A program made the translations under genes and the position numbers. A DNA stretch of 64,000 nt from Squalus acanthias (taxonomy: Eukaryota): contig JASTWF010000349.1 in the NCBI GenBank assembly GCA_030390025.1, positions 434,001 to 498,000 of the forward strand, in the 5' to 3' direction. Positions within the stretch are counted from its first letter, which is position 1; every line of letters starts with the position of its first letter. Shown piece after piece: positions 12,345 through 25,959 of this stretch. The notes under the pieces are model-generated. The model ran no database searches and was not told where the DNA came from. It worked only from the letters and a program-made list of their open reading frames with translations.

Positions 12345-15300
12345 ATTATATTACATCTGCAACCTGTAGCCTGCAATTTCTGTGCCAAATGGGAACTTCA
12401 GGACACTTCATGTGTCCCGGAGGCCCACGTGTGTAGGAAGTGCCTCCAGCTGCTCGAACTCTGAGGGTTTCTGAGATTGAGGGGCAGTTGGATTCACTGC
12501 AGGACATACGGGAGGCCGAATGTTTACTGGATCGGAGGTTCCAGGAGATGGTCACCCCACAGCCAGATAGAGTTCAGAATAGCAAGTGGGTGGCCACCTG
12601 GAAGGGTAGGAAGAGGCAGGCAGTGCAGAAATCCTCCGGGATTGTGGAACTCTCAAACAGATATTCAGCATTTAAAACGGGTGAGGGTGACGACGCCTCA
12701 AAGGAGTGCAGTCCTGAGCCTGGCACCGTGACGCAAAGGACTGCACGGAGGGTATAACAAATCATAGGAACGCAGTGGTAATTGGAGATTCGATAGTCGG
12801 GGGACAGACAGGCCGTTCTACCATCGACGTGAGTCCCATATGGTATGTTGTCTCCCTGGTGCCAGGGTGAGGGACATCACGGGGAGGGTGCAGAACATTC
12901 TGCGGGCGACGGGAAAGAGGCAAAAGTCGTGGTCCATGTAAGAACCAACGATACAGGGAGGAAGTCGGTTGAGCTCCTGCAGTCAGAGTTTAAGAAGCAT
13001 GGGAGGAAGTTAAAAAGCAGGACCTCAAATGTAGTAATCTCTGGATTACTCCCAGTGCCACACGCTAGTGAGAATTGAAATAGGAGGATATGCAGGTTGA
13101 TGCGTGGCTAGAGAAATGGTGGAGGAGAGAAGGCTTCAGATTCCTGGGACATTGGGACCAGTTCTGTGGCAGGAGGGACCTGTTCAAGATGGACGGGTTG
13201 CACCTGAACAGTGATGGGGCCAGTATCCTTGTGGGCAGGTTAACGAGCGCTGTGGGGGAGGCTTTAGAATAATTCGGCAGGAGTGGGCACCAAGATGTAG
13301 ATTTAAAAAATAGAAACAAACTGGGAGAAACAGTTAGAAATAATACAGAATTAGGTGGGATCATAGAAAATACAAAAAGGTCTAAATTAGGTTTAGTGTA
13401 AATGTGTGCAAATGCACAAAGTGTGGTTAATAAGGTTGGTGAGCTGCAGGCGCAAATAGCCACGTGGGAATATGATGTAGTGATAACTGAGACCTGGCTC
13501 AAAAAAGGGAGGATTGGATGCTTAATATTCCTGGTTACAAGGTATTCAGGAAAGATAGGGAAGGAAAAAAGGAGGAGCTGTAGCAGTTTTATTAAGGAAA
13601 ATATTCGAGCTAGAAAGAGAGAATGTCCTTGATGGATTGAAGGGATATTTACTAGTCCTAGCCCCTTTAGGGCTACCCCAGATCAGGCGTATTTCTCAGA
13701 TGTTCACTTTCAACTAAAGTTTGAGGTAGCCGAATCCTAAAGACGCTTAATTGGGTCTAAAGGTCCGGGCTATCTCTCCCTAAAGGAAAGGAACAACCCG
13801 AGAATGTTACCGTCCTCCAGATAGCACTTTTAATAAGTTTAGCTGGATTGTAAAGTTCCGGATATTATGAGGGTCCGGAAAACTCCCTCAGAATTCTGCA
13901 ACTCCTCACCAAAGAGTGTACAGAGATTGAGTTCACGAGTTTTTGATACAGAAGTCTTATGTGAGACAATTCTAAAAATATATAGATTTATTAAAGAACC
14001 GACATGCAATTTACAGGTGGTGAGTCAATCGCAACATTAACAGTTCCAAAAAGAGAAAAAACGTGATCTTTTTAACAGAGAATCTTACTTTCAAATCTTA
14101 ACTTCACTACAGTATTACAGTTCTTAAAGTTCTTATACAGGCAGGATATCCACCAATATCAAATACCTTTGATCCCCGAGGTACAGAGTTGGAGACTACA
14201 GAGCCGCCTCTGAAGCCGAGAACCACTTTGCCCGATTAAAGCGAGTCTGTTATCCCATTTGAGAGTTCAATATTTATACCTTTTTCCAGTGGTATTTCCT
14301 TTAAGGTTTTCTGCTGATGCAAGTTAATTATCTCTAGTCATTTTTCTGCCAACCTCTGCAACTCTTACTGCCACCTCAGCTGGTAGCATTACAGAATCAT
14401 GTCTCATCTCTAAGTGTTCTAAGTTTACCATCTAAAAAACGGTATGACGGCAGGTGCTCCTTACTTTGTCATCTTTACGAGGGCAAATGTTCCTTATCTT
14501 ATGTGCTTCTTTACGAAGTTTAAATTAGAACACCTTATCCAGGGTGAACCATTGTTTCGTTCCCAAAAGGTCAGCTTGTCGGAGCCCTTCACCTTCTGTT
14601 TCAATAAGGTTATTTATTCAGGGTCAACAACTGTCTTATCTCAATAGCCAGAATACTTTCATAGCTATTTCATAGTTAGGTTTCTAACTTTCCAAACCCA
14701 GCTTGTCATGTTTTAATAAGGCCAGAATTCTTTCATAAGAAAGTGTATTTTTCCGAATAGGTTATATGGCTTATTCCTTCACACTATTTGGTTGGAGTTG
14801 AGAAACAATAGAGGAGCTATTATGCTATTTGGTGTATTTTATAGGCCACCATATAGTGGGAAGGAGATGGAGGAGCAGATTTGCAGGGAAATTACTGAGA
14901 GGTGCGTGAACTATAGAGTAGTGATAATGGGAGACTTTAACTACCCCAATATTGAATGGGGCAGTGATTGTGTTAAAGGCAGAGAGGGGGAGGAATTTCT
15001 GAAATGTGTTCAGGAGAACTTTTTTGATCAGTATGTTTCCTGCCCAATGAGGAAGGAGGCATTTCTGGATCTAGTCCTGGGGAATGAAGTGAGTCAATGG
15101 AGACTGTCACAGTGGGGGAGCATCTCGGGAATAGTGATCATAGTATCATAAGGTTTAGATTAGTTATGGAGAAGGACAAGGAGCAATCTAGAATAAGGAT
15201 ACTGAACTGGAGGAGGGCTAATTTCAGCAAATTGAGGAGGGATCGGGCCCAGGGAAATTCGAGTCAAAGACTGGCAGGCAGAAATGTAATGGAGCAATGG

Positions 15301-16505
15301 GCGGCCTTTAAAGAGGAGATGGTTCAGGTACAGTCTAGGTACATTCCATGGGGGAAAGGGAGGGCATCCAAAGCCAGAGCTCCCTGGGTGATGAAGGAGT
15401 TAGAGAGTATTATGAAGTAGAAAAAGAGGGCAAATGACAGATGTCAACTTGATAATACAAGGGAGAATCAGGCTGAATATAAAAAGTACAGAGAAGAAGT
15501 GAAAAAGGAAATGAGGGGCAAAGAGACAGTATGAGAATAGATTGGCGGCTAACATAAAAGGGAATCCAAAGGTCTGCTATAGGCATATTCACAGTAAAAG
15601 GGTTGTCAGGAGCAGTGGGGCTGATTAGGAACCAAAATGGAGATCTATTGGTGGAGGCAGAAGGCATGGCTGAGGTACTAAATGAGTACTTTGCATTGAT
15701 ATTTACCAAGGAAGAGGACTTTGCCAAAGCTATGATTATCGAGGTTGTTGTCGGGATACTGGATGAGAGAAAAATAGATAGAGGAGATACTAGAAAGGCT
15801 GACCGTACTTAAAGTGGATAAATCGCCTGGTGCGGATGGGATGCATTCTAGGCTGCTGAGGAAAGTAAGGGTAGAAATTGCAGAGGTGCTGGCCGCGATC
15901 TTCCAATCCTCCTTAGATACAGGGTGGGGCCCAGAGTACTAGAGGATTTCAAATGTTACACCCTTGTTCAAAAGAGGGGAAATGGGATAAACCTGGCAAT
16001 TACAGGCCAGTCAGTTTAATGTCGGTGGTGAGGAAGCTTTTAGAAACAATAATCTGGGAGAAAATGAACAGCCACTTGAACAAGCATGGACTAATAAAGG
16101 AGAGCCAGCACTCCTTGTTAAGGGCAAATCGTGTTTGGCTCACTGGATTGAATTTTTTGAGCTAACGGAGGGTGGACGAGGGTAGTGCGGTTGATGTGTA
16201 TATGGACTTTCAAAAGGCGTTTGCTCAAGTACCCCATCATAGGCTTGTTAGCAAAATTGAAGCCCATGGGATAAAAGGGGCAGTAGTAGCATTGATACAA
16301 AATTGTCGAAGGGATAGAAAACAGAGTTGTGGTGGATGGTTGTTTTTCGGAATGGAGGGAGGTATACAGTGGAATTCCCCAGGGTTCAGTACTAGCGCCA
16401 CTCTTATTTTTGATATACAATATGACTTGGACTTGGAGGTACAGAGCACAACATTGAAATTTGCAGATGACGTCAAACATGGAAGTGTAGTAAACTGTGA
16501 GCAAG
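12345..16505 (+). mobile_element. Degenerate CR1 LINE (ORF1 esterase through ORF2 RT), 3'-truncated and interrupted by a solo LTR
   Basis: ORF fragments with ELSNRYSAF, DGLHLN, ITETW, GDFNYP, NYRPVSL, DFQKAF and KFADD. Confidence 0.88.
13638..14781 (-). mobile_element. Solo LTR (~1.14 kb)
   Basis: TG...CA ends with a 9/10 inverted repeat (tgaagggata / tattccttca). On the minus strand there is a TATA box (tataaata, ~14271-14278) and AATAAA (13987-13992). It interrupts the CR1 endonuclease region; no clear target-site duplication. Confidence 0.7.
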
Positions 16506-16509
16506 ACAG

Positions 16510-19500
16510 TTGGAACAGCAGTAGGTCATTTAGCCCCTCGAGCCTGTTCCACCATTCAATGATCTGTGACCTAACTCCATAGACCCGCCTTTGCCCTATA
16601 TCCCTTCATACCTTTGGTTAACAAACATCTATCACTCTCAGATTTAAAATTAACAATTGACCTATCATCAATTGCTGTTTGCAGAAGAGAGTTCCGAAGT
16701 TCTACCACCCTTTGCATGTAGAAGTGTTTCCTAACTTCACTCCTGAAAAGCCTGGCTCTAATTTTTAGACTACGCCCCCGAGCATCAGACTCCCCAACCA
16801 GCGGAAATAGTTTCTCATTGTCTACCCTATCAGTTCCCCTTAATATCTTGACTTCAATCAAATCACCCCTTAACCATCTAACTTCCAGGAAATACAACCC
16901 TAGTTTGAGTAGCAAGGGCACCGAAAGTACTCTGGGGGATTTCAATGTCCATCATCAACAGTGGCTTGGTAGCACCACTGCTGGCCGAGTCCTGAAGGAC
17001 ATAGCTGCCAGTCCGGGTCTGCGACAGATGGTGTGAGAACCAACACGAGGGAAAAACCTACTTGACTTCGTCCTCGCCAATCTACCTGTCGTAGATGCAT
17101 CTGTCCATGACAGCAGTGGGAGCAGTGACCACCGCACGGTCATTGTGGAGACGAAGTCCCATCTTTACACTGAGGACACCCTCCATCGTGTTGTGTGGCA
17201 CTACCACCGTGCTAAATGGGATAGATTCAGAACAGAGCTTAGCAGCTCAAAACTGGGCATCCATGAGGCGCTGTGGGCCATCAGCAGCAGCAGAATTGTA
17301 TTCCACCACAATCTGTAATCTCATGGCCCGGCATATCCCTCACTCTACAATTACCATCAAGCCAGGGTACCAACCCTGGTTCAGTAAGGAGTGTAGAAGA
17401 GCATGCCGGGAGCAGCACCAGGCGTACCTAAAAATGAGGTGCCAAACTGGGGAAGCTGCAACACAGGACTGCATGCATGCCAAAAAGCGGAAGCAGCATG
17501 CTATAGACAGGGCTAAGCGATCCCACAATCAATGGATCAGATCAAAGCTCTGCAGTCCTGCCACATCCAGTCGTGAATGGTGTTGGACCATTAAACAACT
17601 AACAGGAGGAGGGGGCTCCATGAATATCCCCATCCTCAATGATGGTGGAGCCCAGCATGTGAGTGCAAAAGACAAGGCTGAAGCGTTTGCAACCATCTTC
17701 AGCCAGAAGTGCCAAGTGGATGATCCATATCGGCCTACACCTGAGGTCCCCACCATCACAGACGCCAGTCTTCAGCTAATTCGATTCACTCCACGTGCTA
17801 TCAGGAAACGGCCGAGAGCACTGGATACAGCAAAGGCTATGGGTCCCGACAACATCCCGGCTATCGTGCTGAAGACTTGTAGCTGGACTGGAACAGCTTG
17901 GCGCACAACACTGGCATCTATCCGATAATGTGGAAAACTGCCCAGGTATGTCCTGTCCACAAAAAACAGGACAAATCCAATCCGGCCAATTACCACCCCA
18001 TCGGTCTACTCTCAATCATCAGCAAAGTGATGGAAGGTGTCGTTGACAGTGCTATCAAGCGGCACTTACTCACCAATAACCTGCTCACTGATGCCCAGTT
18101 TGGGTTCCGCCAGGACCACTGCTCCAGACCTCATTACAGCCTTGGTCGAAATATGGACAAAGGAGCTGAATTCCAGAGGTGAGGTGAGCGTGACTGCCTT
18201 TGACATCAAGGCAGCATTTGACCGAGTGTGGCATCCAGGAGTTCCAGTAAAACTGAAGTCAATGGGAATCGGGGTAGGGGGGGGGACTCTTCACTGGCTG
18301 GAGTCATACCTAGCACAAATGAAGATGGTTGGTTGCTGTGGTGGTTGAAGGTCAATCAGCACTGCCCCAGGACATCGCTGCAGGAGTTCCTCAGGGCAGT
18401 GTCCTCGGCCCAACCATCTTCAGCTGCTTCGTCAGTGACCTTCCCTCCAACATAAGGTCAGAAATGGGGATGTTCGCTGATGATTGCACAGTGTTCATTG
18501 CTATTCGTAGCTCCTCAGATAATGAAGCAGTCCATGCCCGCATGCAACAAGACCTGGACTACATTCAGGCTTGGGCTGATAAGTGGCAGGTAACATTCGC
18601 GCCACAGAAGTGCCAGGCAATGACTATCTCCAACAAGCGAGAGTCTAACCACCACCCCATGACATTCAACGGCATTACCATCACCGAATTCCCCACCATC
18701 AACATCCTGGGGGGGTCACCATTGACCAGAAACTTAACTGGACCAGCCACATAAATACTGTGGCAACAAGAGCAGGTCAGAGGCTAGGTATTCTGCGGCG
18801 AGTGTCTCACCTCCTGACTCCCCAAAGCCTTTCCACCATCTACAAGGCACAAGTCAGGAGTGTGATGGAATACTCTCCACTTGCCTGGATGAGTGCAGCT
18901 CCAGCAACACTCAAGAAGCTCGACACCATCCAGGACAAAGCAGCCCGCTTGATTGGCACCCCATCCACCACCTTAAACATTCACTCCCTCCACCACCGGC
19001 GTACCATGGCTGCAGCATGTACCATCTACAAGATGCACTGCAGCAACTCGCCAAGGCTTCTTCGGCAGCACCTCCCAAACCCACGACCTCTACCACTTGG
19101 ACAAGGGCAGCAGGCACATGGTAACATCACCACCTGCACGTTCCCCTCCAAGTCACACACCATCCTGACTTGGAAGTATATCGCCGATCCTTCATCGTCG
19201 CTGGGTCAAAATCCTGGAACTCCCTCCCCAACAGCACTGTGGGAGCACCTTCACCACACTGACTGCAGCGGTTCAAGAAGGCGGCTCACCACCACCTTCT
19301 CGAGGGCAACTAGGGATGGGCAATAAATGCCAGCGACGCCCAGATCCCATGAACAAATTTTTAAAAAATCTCGCCGCGTAATTTAACCCTTGGAGTCCAG
19401 GTATCATTCTGGTAAATCTATGCTGCACTCCTTCCAAGGCCAATATATCCTTCCTAAGGTGTGGCGCCCAAACGGAACACAGTTCTCCAGATTTGGTCTA

Positions 19501-21950
19501 ACTAGGGCTTTGTGTAGCTGTAGCATAACTTCTATCCCCTTGTATTCTCGTCCTCTAGATATAAAGGCCAGGATTCCATTAGCCTTTTTGATTATTTTCT
19601 GTACCTGTTCATGACATTTTAATGATCTATGTACATGGACCCCCCCCCCCCCCTCCAAAGTCTCTGGACCGCCACTGTTTCTAGCTTTTCAGCATTTAGA
19701 AAGTACTCTGATCTATCCTTTTTGGGTCCAAAGTGGACGACCTCACACTTGCCTATAATGAAATCCATTCGCCACAGTTTTGCCCATTCATTAATCTATT
19801 AATACCTTTTTGTAATTTTATGCTTTCCTCTACACTGCTTACAATGCCGCTTATCTTTGTGTCATTGGCAAACTTGGATATGTGGCTTTCTATCCCATCA
19901 TCTAAGTCATTAATAAATACGGTGAATAGTTGAGGCCCCAACACAGAGCCCTGCGGGACGCCACTAGTCACATCCTGCCAATTCGAGTACCTGCCCATTA
20001 TCCCCACTCTCTGTCTCCTGCAGCTCAGCCCATTTCTGAACCAGGTAAATAATTTGCCTTCAATTCCATGAGCTTCAACTTTAGTTAACAATCTCTTATG
20101 AGGTCTTTATCGAATGCCTTCTGGAAGACTATGTAAATAACATCCATGGACATTCCACTGTCCACTACTTCAGTTACCTCTTCAAAAAATTCGATTAGTT
20201 TAGTCAGGCATGACCTACCCTTTACGAATCCATGCTGGCTCTCTCTGATCAGCTGAAAATTTTCAAGGTGTTCAGTAATGGTTCAGTATTGACGAGTAAT
20301 TTCCAGACAACAGATGATCGGCTAACTGGTCTATAATTCCCTGGTTTCCGCGTCTCATCTTTCTTAAATAGCGGAGTGACGTGCATTTTTCCAATCTAAA
20401 GGAATGGTTTCTTAATTGAGAGAACTTTGGAAGATTATAGTCAGGGCATCTGCAGTGTTCTCACCTACTTCCTTTAAAACCCTTGGATGGAAACTATCTG
20501 GTCCTGAGGATTTGTCACTCTTCAGTGCCATTATTTTCTTCATTACTGTTATTTTGCTTACGTTAATGTTGGTATGTCCCCGTCCCTGATTCAATATTAG
20601 TTTCCTTGGGATGTCTGGTATGTGCTTCTCTTCCTCTGCTGTAAATACTGATGCAAAGTCATTATTCAACATGTCCACCATCTCCTTATTTTTATTGACA
20701 ATATCACCGTTATCACTTTTCAAGGCGCCCACATTGCTCCTGACCACCCTCTTTTTCTTAGTATAATTGTAAAAAATGTGTGCGTTGGTTTTGATATTCC
20801 TTGCAAGTTTCTTTACATACTCCCTTTTTGTAGATCTTACTATCTGTTTTGTCACCTTTTTGTTATTCTTTGTATCTCTCCCAGTTGCCAGGAACTGTGC
20901 TATTTTTTGCATTTTTGTATGCTTTTTCTTTTAGTTTTATGCTGTCCCTCACCTCTTTTGTCGTCCATGGCTGTTTTTTGTGGCAAGCAGAGCTCTTGCC
21001 CCTCAGGGGTATCAACCGGTTCTGTATCGAGTTAAATTATTTTTTGAACACCCCCCACTGATCTGTCGATTTACCCATTTAACAGATTTGCCCAGTTTAC
21101 TGTGGACAGTCTCTGTCTCATCCCGGTGAAGACGGCCTTACCCAAATCTAGAATCTTAGTAGCTGTTTCGCGTTTCTCCCTTTCAAACACTACGTTGAAC
21201 TCGATCATGTTATGATCGCTGTTCGATAAATGTTCACGCAAATGTTCAGGCTGTTAACTAAATCTGGCTCATTACTCATTATTAAATCTGAGCTGCCCCC
21301 TTGTTGGTTCGAGGACATATTGTTGCAGAAAACTATCCTCAACCCACTCAAGACATTCACTACCTTTCTGAGACGAGCTACTCTGCTTATCCCAATCTAA
21401 TATGAAAGTTAAAATCCCCCATTAAAGCCAATCTGCCTGTGCTACAAACTTATCTAATGTCTGCATTTATACATTCTGCCATTTCACAGCTGCTACCAGG
21501 AGGCCTATACACAACTCCCACGACAGTCTTAAATCCTTTTCTATTCCTTAATTCTACCCATAAAGTCTCCACTGCCTGCTTACCTCCCGTTATCATCTCT
21601 TCTAGAAGTAATTTCATCCTTAATCACGAATGCTACTCTTCCCCTTCTACCAGTTTCCCTATCCTTCCTGTAGACCTTATAACCTGGTATATTTAGTTCC
21701 CAGTCCTGACCGTCTTGCAGCCATATCTCAGTAATGGCTGCCATGTCGTACTCTCTCCTGATTTAATAACTTTACAACTTTTAGTTTCCCTCAAGCACAA
21801 TTTCTGACTATTACTCTACTCTCTTCCCTTTCGTTTGTTTTTGAACTATTATTTATACTACCTTTTCCAACTGAACCCCCCCCCCCCCCCCCACCCCAAT
21901 TTACTAGTTTGAAGTCCTTGTGACAGTCCTATTCATCCTTTCTGCTAGGA
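16510..21950 (-). mobile_element. Degenerate CR1 LINE ORF2, split by a nested LINE at 16908-19365
   Basis: Minus-strand ORFs 16571-16945, 19404-19658, 19753-20091 ([11 protein letters not shown]) and 20412-20912 are collinear. Confidence 0.85.
16908..19365 (+). mobile_element. CR1/L2-group LINE (second family; ORF2 with frameshifts)
   Basis: [60 protein letters not shown]; aataaa and an A-rich end. Further copies at 37806-40480 and 42172-44762. Confidence 0.88.
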
Positions 21951-21954
21951 GACA

Positions 21955-23555
21955 TAAAAACAGGCTGTAAAAAGTAAAAGATTAGCGAAAGTAAATGTGG
22001 GTCCCTTACAGGCTGAGACAGGAGAAATTATAATGGGGAATAAGGAAATGGCAGAGAAATTAAACAAATACTTTATGTCTGTCTTCGGAAGAAAGCGCAA
22101 AAAACTTCCTGGAAATAGTGGACAGCCAAGGGGCTAGCGAGAATGAGGAACTGAAAGATATTAGTATTAGTAAAAAAGTAGCACTGGAGAAATTAATGGG
22201 ACTGAAAGCTGATAAATCCCCTGGACCTGATGGCCTACATCCTAGGGTTTTGAAAGAGTTAGCTACAGAGATAGTGGATGCATTGGTTGTCATTTTCCAA
22301 AATTCCATAGATTCTGGAACGGTTCCTACGGATTGGAAGGTAGCAAATGTAACCCCACTATTTAAGAAAGGAGGGAGAGAGAAAACGGGAAACTACAGAC
22401 CAGTTAGCCTGACATCAGTAGTAGGGAAAAATGCTCAAATCTATTATTAAGGATGTTGTAACAGGGCACTTAGAAAATAATAATAGGATTGGGCAAAGTC
22501 AACACGGATTTATGAAAGGGAAATCGTGTTTGACAAAGCTGTTAGAGTTTTTTGAGGTTGTAACTAGCAGAATAGATAAGGGGGAACCAGTGCATGTGGT
22601 GTATTTGGATTTTCAGAAGGCATTCGATAAGTGCCACACAAGAGGTTATTAAACAAAATTAGGGCTCATGGGATTGGGGCTAATATACCAGTATGGATTG
22701 AGGATTGGTTAACGGACAGAAAACAGAGAGTAGGAATAAACGGGTCATTTTCGGGTTGGCAGGCTGTAACTAGTGGGGTACCACAAGGATCAGTGCTTGG
22801 GCCTCAGCTATTCACAATCTACATCAATGATTTGGATGAGGGGACCAAATGTAATACAGGTTGAGCGTCCCAAATCCGGAGTTCCGGAACGTTCCAGAAT
22901 CCGGACTCCAGGACGATTGGTGGCAGGGTCGTCTGGAATCCGTAAAATGTTCCGGAATCCGGACACCCTGAGGGAGGCTTACCAAAAACCGGAAATAGCG
23001 CAACCTGGGCCCAGGCATTTCCGGACTCGGCACGTGTTTCTGATGTCCGAAGTCCGGAAATATCGCAACCTGGGCTCGGGCGTTTCCGGACATCAGAAAC
23101 ATGTTCCGAAGTCCGGAAAAACCCGAAAACCGGCTCGGCCTCGGTCCTGAGGTTGCCGGATTCGGGACGCTCAACCTGTATATCCAAGTTTGCTGATGAT
23201 ACAAAGCTGGGTGGGAATGTAAGTTGTGAGGAGGATGCAAGGAGGCTTCAAGGGGATAGAGACAGGCTAAGTAAGTGGGCAAGAACATGGCAAATGGAAT
23301 ATAATGTGAAGTTAACCACTTTGGTAGGAAAAATAGGAAAGCAGAGTTTTTTTAAATGGAGAGAGATTGGGAAATGTTGGTGTTCAGAGGGACCTGGGTG
23401 TCCTTATACACGAATCACTGAAAGTTAACATGCAGGTACAGCAAGCAATTAGGAAAGCAAATGGTATGTTGGCCTTTATTACAGGAGGATTTGAGTACAA
23501 GAGTAAAGACGTCTTACTTCAATTATATAGGACCCTGGTGAGACCACACCTAGAA
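21955..23555 (+). mobile_element. CR1 LINE ORF2 fragment containing a MITE
   Basis: [26 protein letters not shown] and [17 protein letters not shown] resumes after the MITE. Confidence 0.9.
22857..23178. mobile_element. Tc1/mariner (pogo/Tigger-type) MITE, 322 bp
   Basis: 23-bp terminal inverted repeat caggttgagcgtccc(a/g)aatccgg; TA duplication at 22855-22856 and 23179-23180. Removing it restores the CR1 reading (TKCN-ISKFADD). Confidence 0.9.
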
Positions 23556-23764
23556 CATCCAACCCAACCCTCTCGCTAGTTTGCTGTTCGTTGTAGACCA
23601 TCCCCTTTACCCTTGCGATCAGTCTTGTTATTAGCTGTCCCTGTTTCACCCATTTGCTCTGGTTACCAGGGACCATCCTTCCTCTCCCTCTTGGCCTACA
23701 GGCTTCTGGGCAGCCTCAGTGTGGAGTCCCTGTATGAGACGGTAACTTCCATCCACGACTCGCC

Positions 23765-24200
23765 TGGACCCAGCCTCTCGCAGCCGGGCCTCTTCAACCT
23801 CAGGCCCCAGCCTCTCCCAACCAGGCTTCCTCAACCTCGAGCCCCAGCCTCTCCCAGCCAGGCCTCCTCAACCTCGGGCCCCAGCCTCTCCCAGCCAGGC
23901 CTCCTCAACCTCGGGGCCCAGCCTCTCCCAGCAAGGCCTCCTCAACCTCAGGCCCCAGCCAGGCCTCCTCAACCTCAGGCCCCAGCCAGGCCTCTTCAAC
24001 CTCGAGCCCCAGCCAGGCCTCTTCAACCTCAGGCCCCAGCCTTTCCCAGCCAGGTCTCTTCAACCTCGAGCCCCAGCCTCCCCCAGCCAGGCCTCCTCAA
24101 CCTCGAGCCCCAGCCTCTCCTAGCCAGGCCTCTTCAACCTCGAGCCCCAGCCTCTCCCAGCCAGGTCTCCTCAACCTCTGGCCCCAGCCTCTCCCAGCCA
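23765..24200. repeat. Degenerate ~36-bp minisatellite (ccccagcctctcccagccaggcctcctcaacctcgg-like)
   Basis: Tandem units with shortened variants. Confidence 0.85.
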
Positions 24201-24832
24201 GGGTTCACTCTAGTGGCCCACCCAGTCCCTGGCCACCTCACGCTCGCAGGCCCCTCTGTGCATGTCCTGGTCACGTTCGTTGGAGCAGTAATTGGCAGAT
24301 CATTTGGTTCACAGAGGAGGTCCCTCCCTGCTCTTGGCCCAAGCCCAGTCCCCTGTCTCCTTCATACGCAAAGGCCCGGAGCCTACCTTTAGGCCACTGG
24401 GATGTGAGAGCTAAAGGAGTCAATGGTGCACACAGTGGTGAAAAGAGGCGAGTGGGGGGGGGGTGGCGAGAGAAAGTGTGTGAAGCATAGAGATCAGGAG
24501 ACTAGAGAGAGGGAGGAAGCATAAAGGAGGTATGGAGAAAGAATGGGAGACGTAGAGAAAGTGAGGAGGAGGGAAGGGAAGAGTCAGAGAGGGGTAGATG
24601 GAAGCATTATTCAGTGGTGAATGAGCAGAGTAATTGTTTGAGGGAGAAAAGTTGTTTTTGTCCATGAGCAATGCCACCCCCCGAGTTACCATGTTCCTGG
24701 GTGCAAGGATGGGAAACATTATTTGTAATAGGGATGTACCGTGTGCTGGTACTGGGCAGGAATGAACCATCAGGAGCAACTTCCTGCCATCACGGTGTGG
24801 TGATTGATCCATTGCCTCTCCTCTTTCCCCAG

Positions 24833-24881
24833 ATGCACCATCCTATACAGATGAAACCAGCTGACAGTGAGAAGAACAATG
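24833..24881 (+). CDS. CELF1: CELF1 49-bp exon (MHHPIQMKPADSEKNN)
   Basis: ctctttccccag acceptor and G|gtgagt donor; phase consistent with flanking exons. Confidence 0.95.
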
Positions 24882-24974
24882 GTGAGTCAGTCCATGCGCA
24901 TCAGAAAACAGGAGGTCATTGCCTTACCTCGCAAGAGAGTGCAGGCATTACGAGTGCGGGGCACGGGAAACCAC

Positions 24975-25680
24975 GCGCCTTGGTCTGGGAGTGGCGCCTT
25001 GGTCTGGGAGTGGCGCCTTGGTCTGGGAGTGGCGCCTTGGTCTGGGAGTGGCGCCGTGGTCTGGGAGTGGCGCCGTGGTCTGGGAGTGGCGCCGTGGTCT
25101 GGGAGTGGCGCCGTGGTCTGGGAGTGGCGCCGGGCCTGGGAGTGGCGCCTTGGCCTGGGAGTGGCGCCTTGGCCTGGGAGTGGCGCCTTGGCCTGGGAGT
25201 GGCGCCTTGGCCTGGGAGTGGCGCCTTGGCCTGGGAGTGGCGCCTTGGCCTGGGAGTGGCGCCTTGGCCTGGGAGTGGCGCCTTGGCCTGGGAGTGGCGC
25301 CTTGGCCTGGGAGTGGCGCCTTGGCCTGGGAGTGGCGCCTTGGCCTGGGAGTGGCGCCTTGGCCTGGGAGTGGCGCCTTGGCCTGGGAGTGGCGCCTTGG
25401 CCTGGGAGTGGCGCCTTGGCCTGGGAGTGGCGCCTTGGCCTGGGAGTGGCGCCTTGGCCTGGGAGTGGCGCCTTGGCCTGGGAGTGGCGCCTTGGCCTGG
25501 GAGTGGCGCCTTGGCCTGGGAGTGGCGCCTTGGCCTGGGAGTGGCGCCTTGGCCTGGGAGTGGCGCCTTGGCCTGGGAGTGGCGCCTTGGCCTGGGAGTG
25601 GCGCCTTGGCCTGGGAGTGGCGCCTTGGCCTGGGAGTGGCGCCTTGGCCTGGGAGTGGCGCCTTGGCCTGGGAGTGGCGC
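24975..25680. repeat. 19-bp minisatellite (ggcctgggagtggcgcctt), about 37 copies
   Basis: Highly homogeneous tandem array filling most of a 917-bp intron. Confidence 0.97.
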
Positions 25681-25798
25681 CGGCTCCGGCCCTGGGTCTG
25701 GCAGTGGCTCCGGGAGTGGCACTGGCCGAGCAGTTTGTGTGTGTATATATGTCTACCTAAGTCTCCGTCGTTGAAATAATTCCCTAGTTTGATTGCAG

Positions 25799-25933
25799 CT
25801 GTGGAAGACAGAAAGCTGTTTGTGGGGATGATTTCCAAAAAGTGCAATGAGAACGATGTCCGTGTCATGTTTTCACCATTCGGACAGATAGAAGAATGTC
25901 GAATATTACGGGGCCCAGACGGGCTAAGTCGAG
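25799..25933 (+). CDS. CELF1: CELF1 exon, RRM2 N-terminal part ([45 protein letters not shown])
   Basis: ttgcag acceptor and G|gtgagt donor; 135 bp; translated by hand because it is absent from the ORF track. Confidence 0.95.
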
Positions 25934-25959
25934 GTGAGTGGCGTTCAATTTAACCAGGA

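Noticed and set aside
13894..13920. PBS-like TGGTGAGGAGTTGCAGAA after TACA on the minus strand
   Set aside because: It matches no tRNA 3' end I can recall, and a better TG...CA inverted-repeat boundary exists at 13638/14781.
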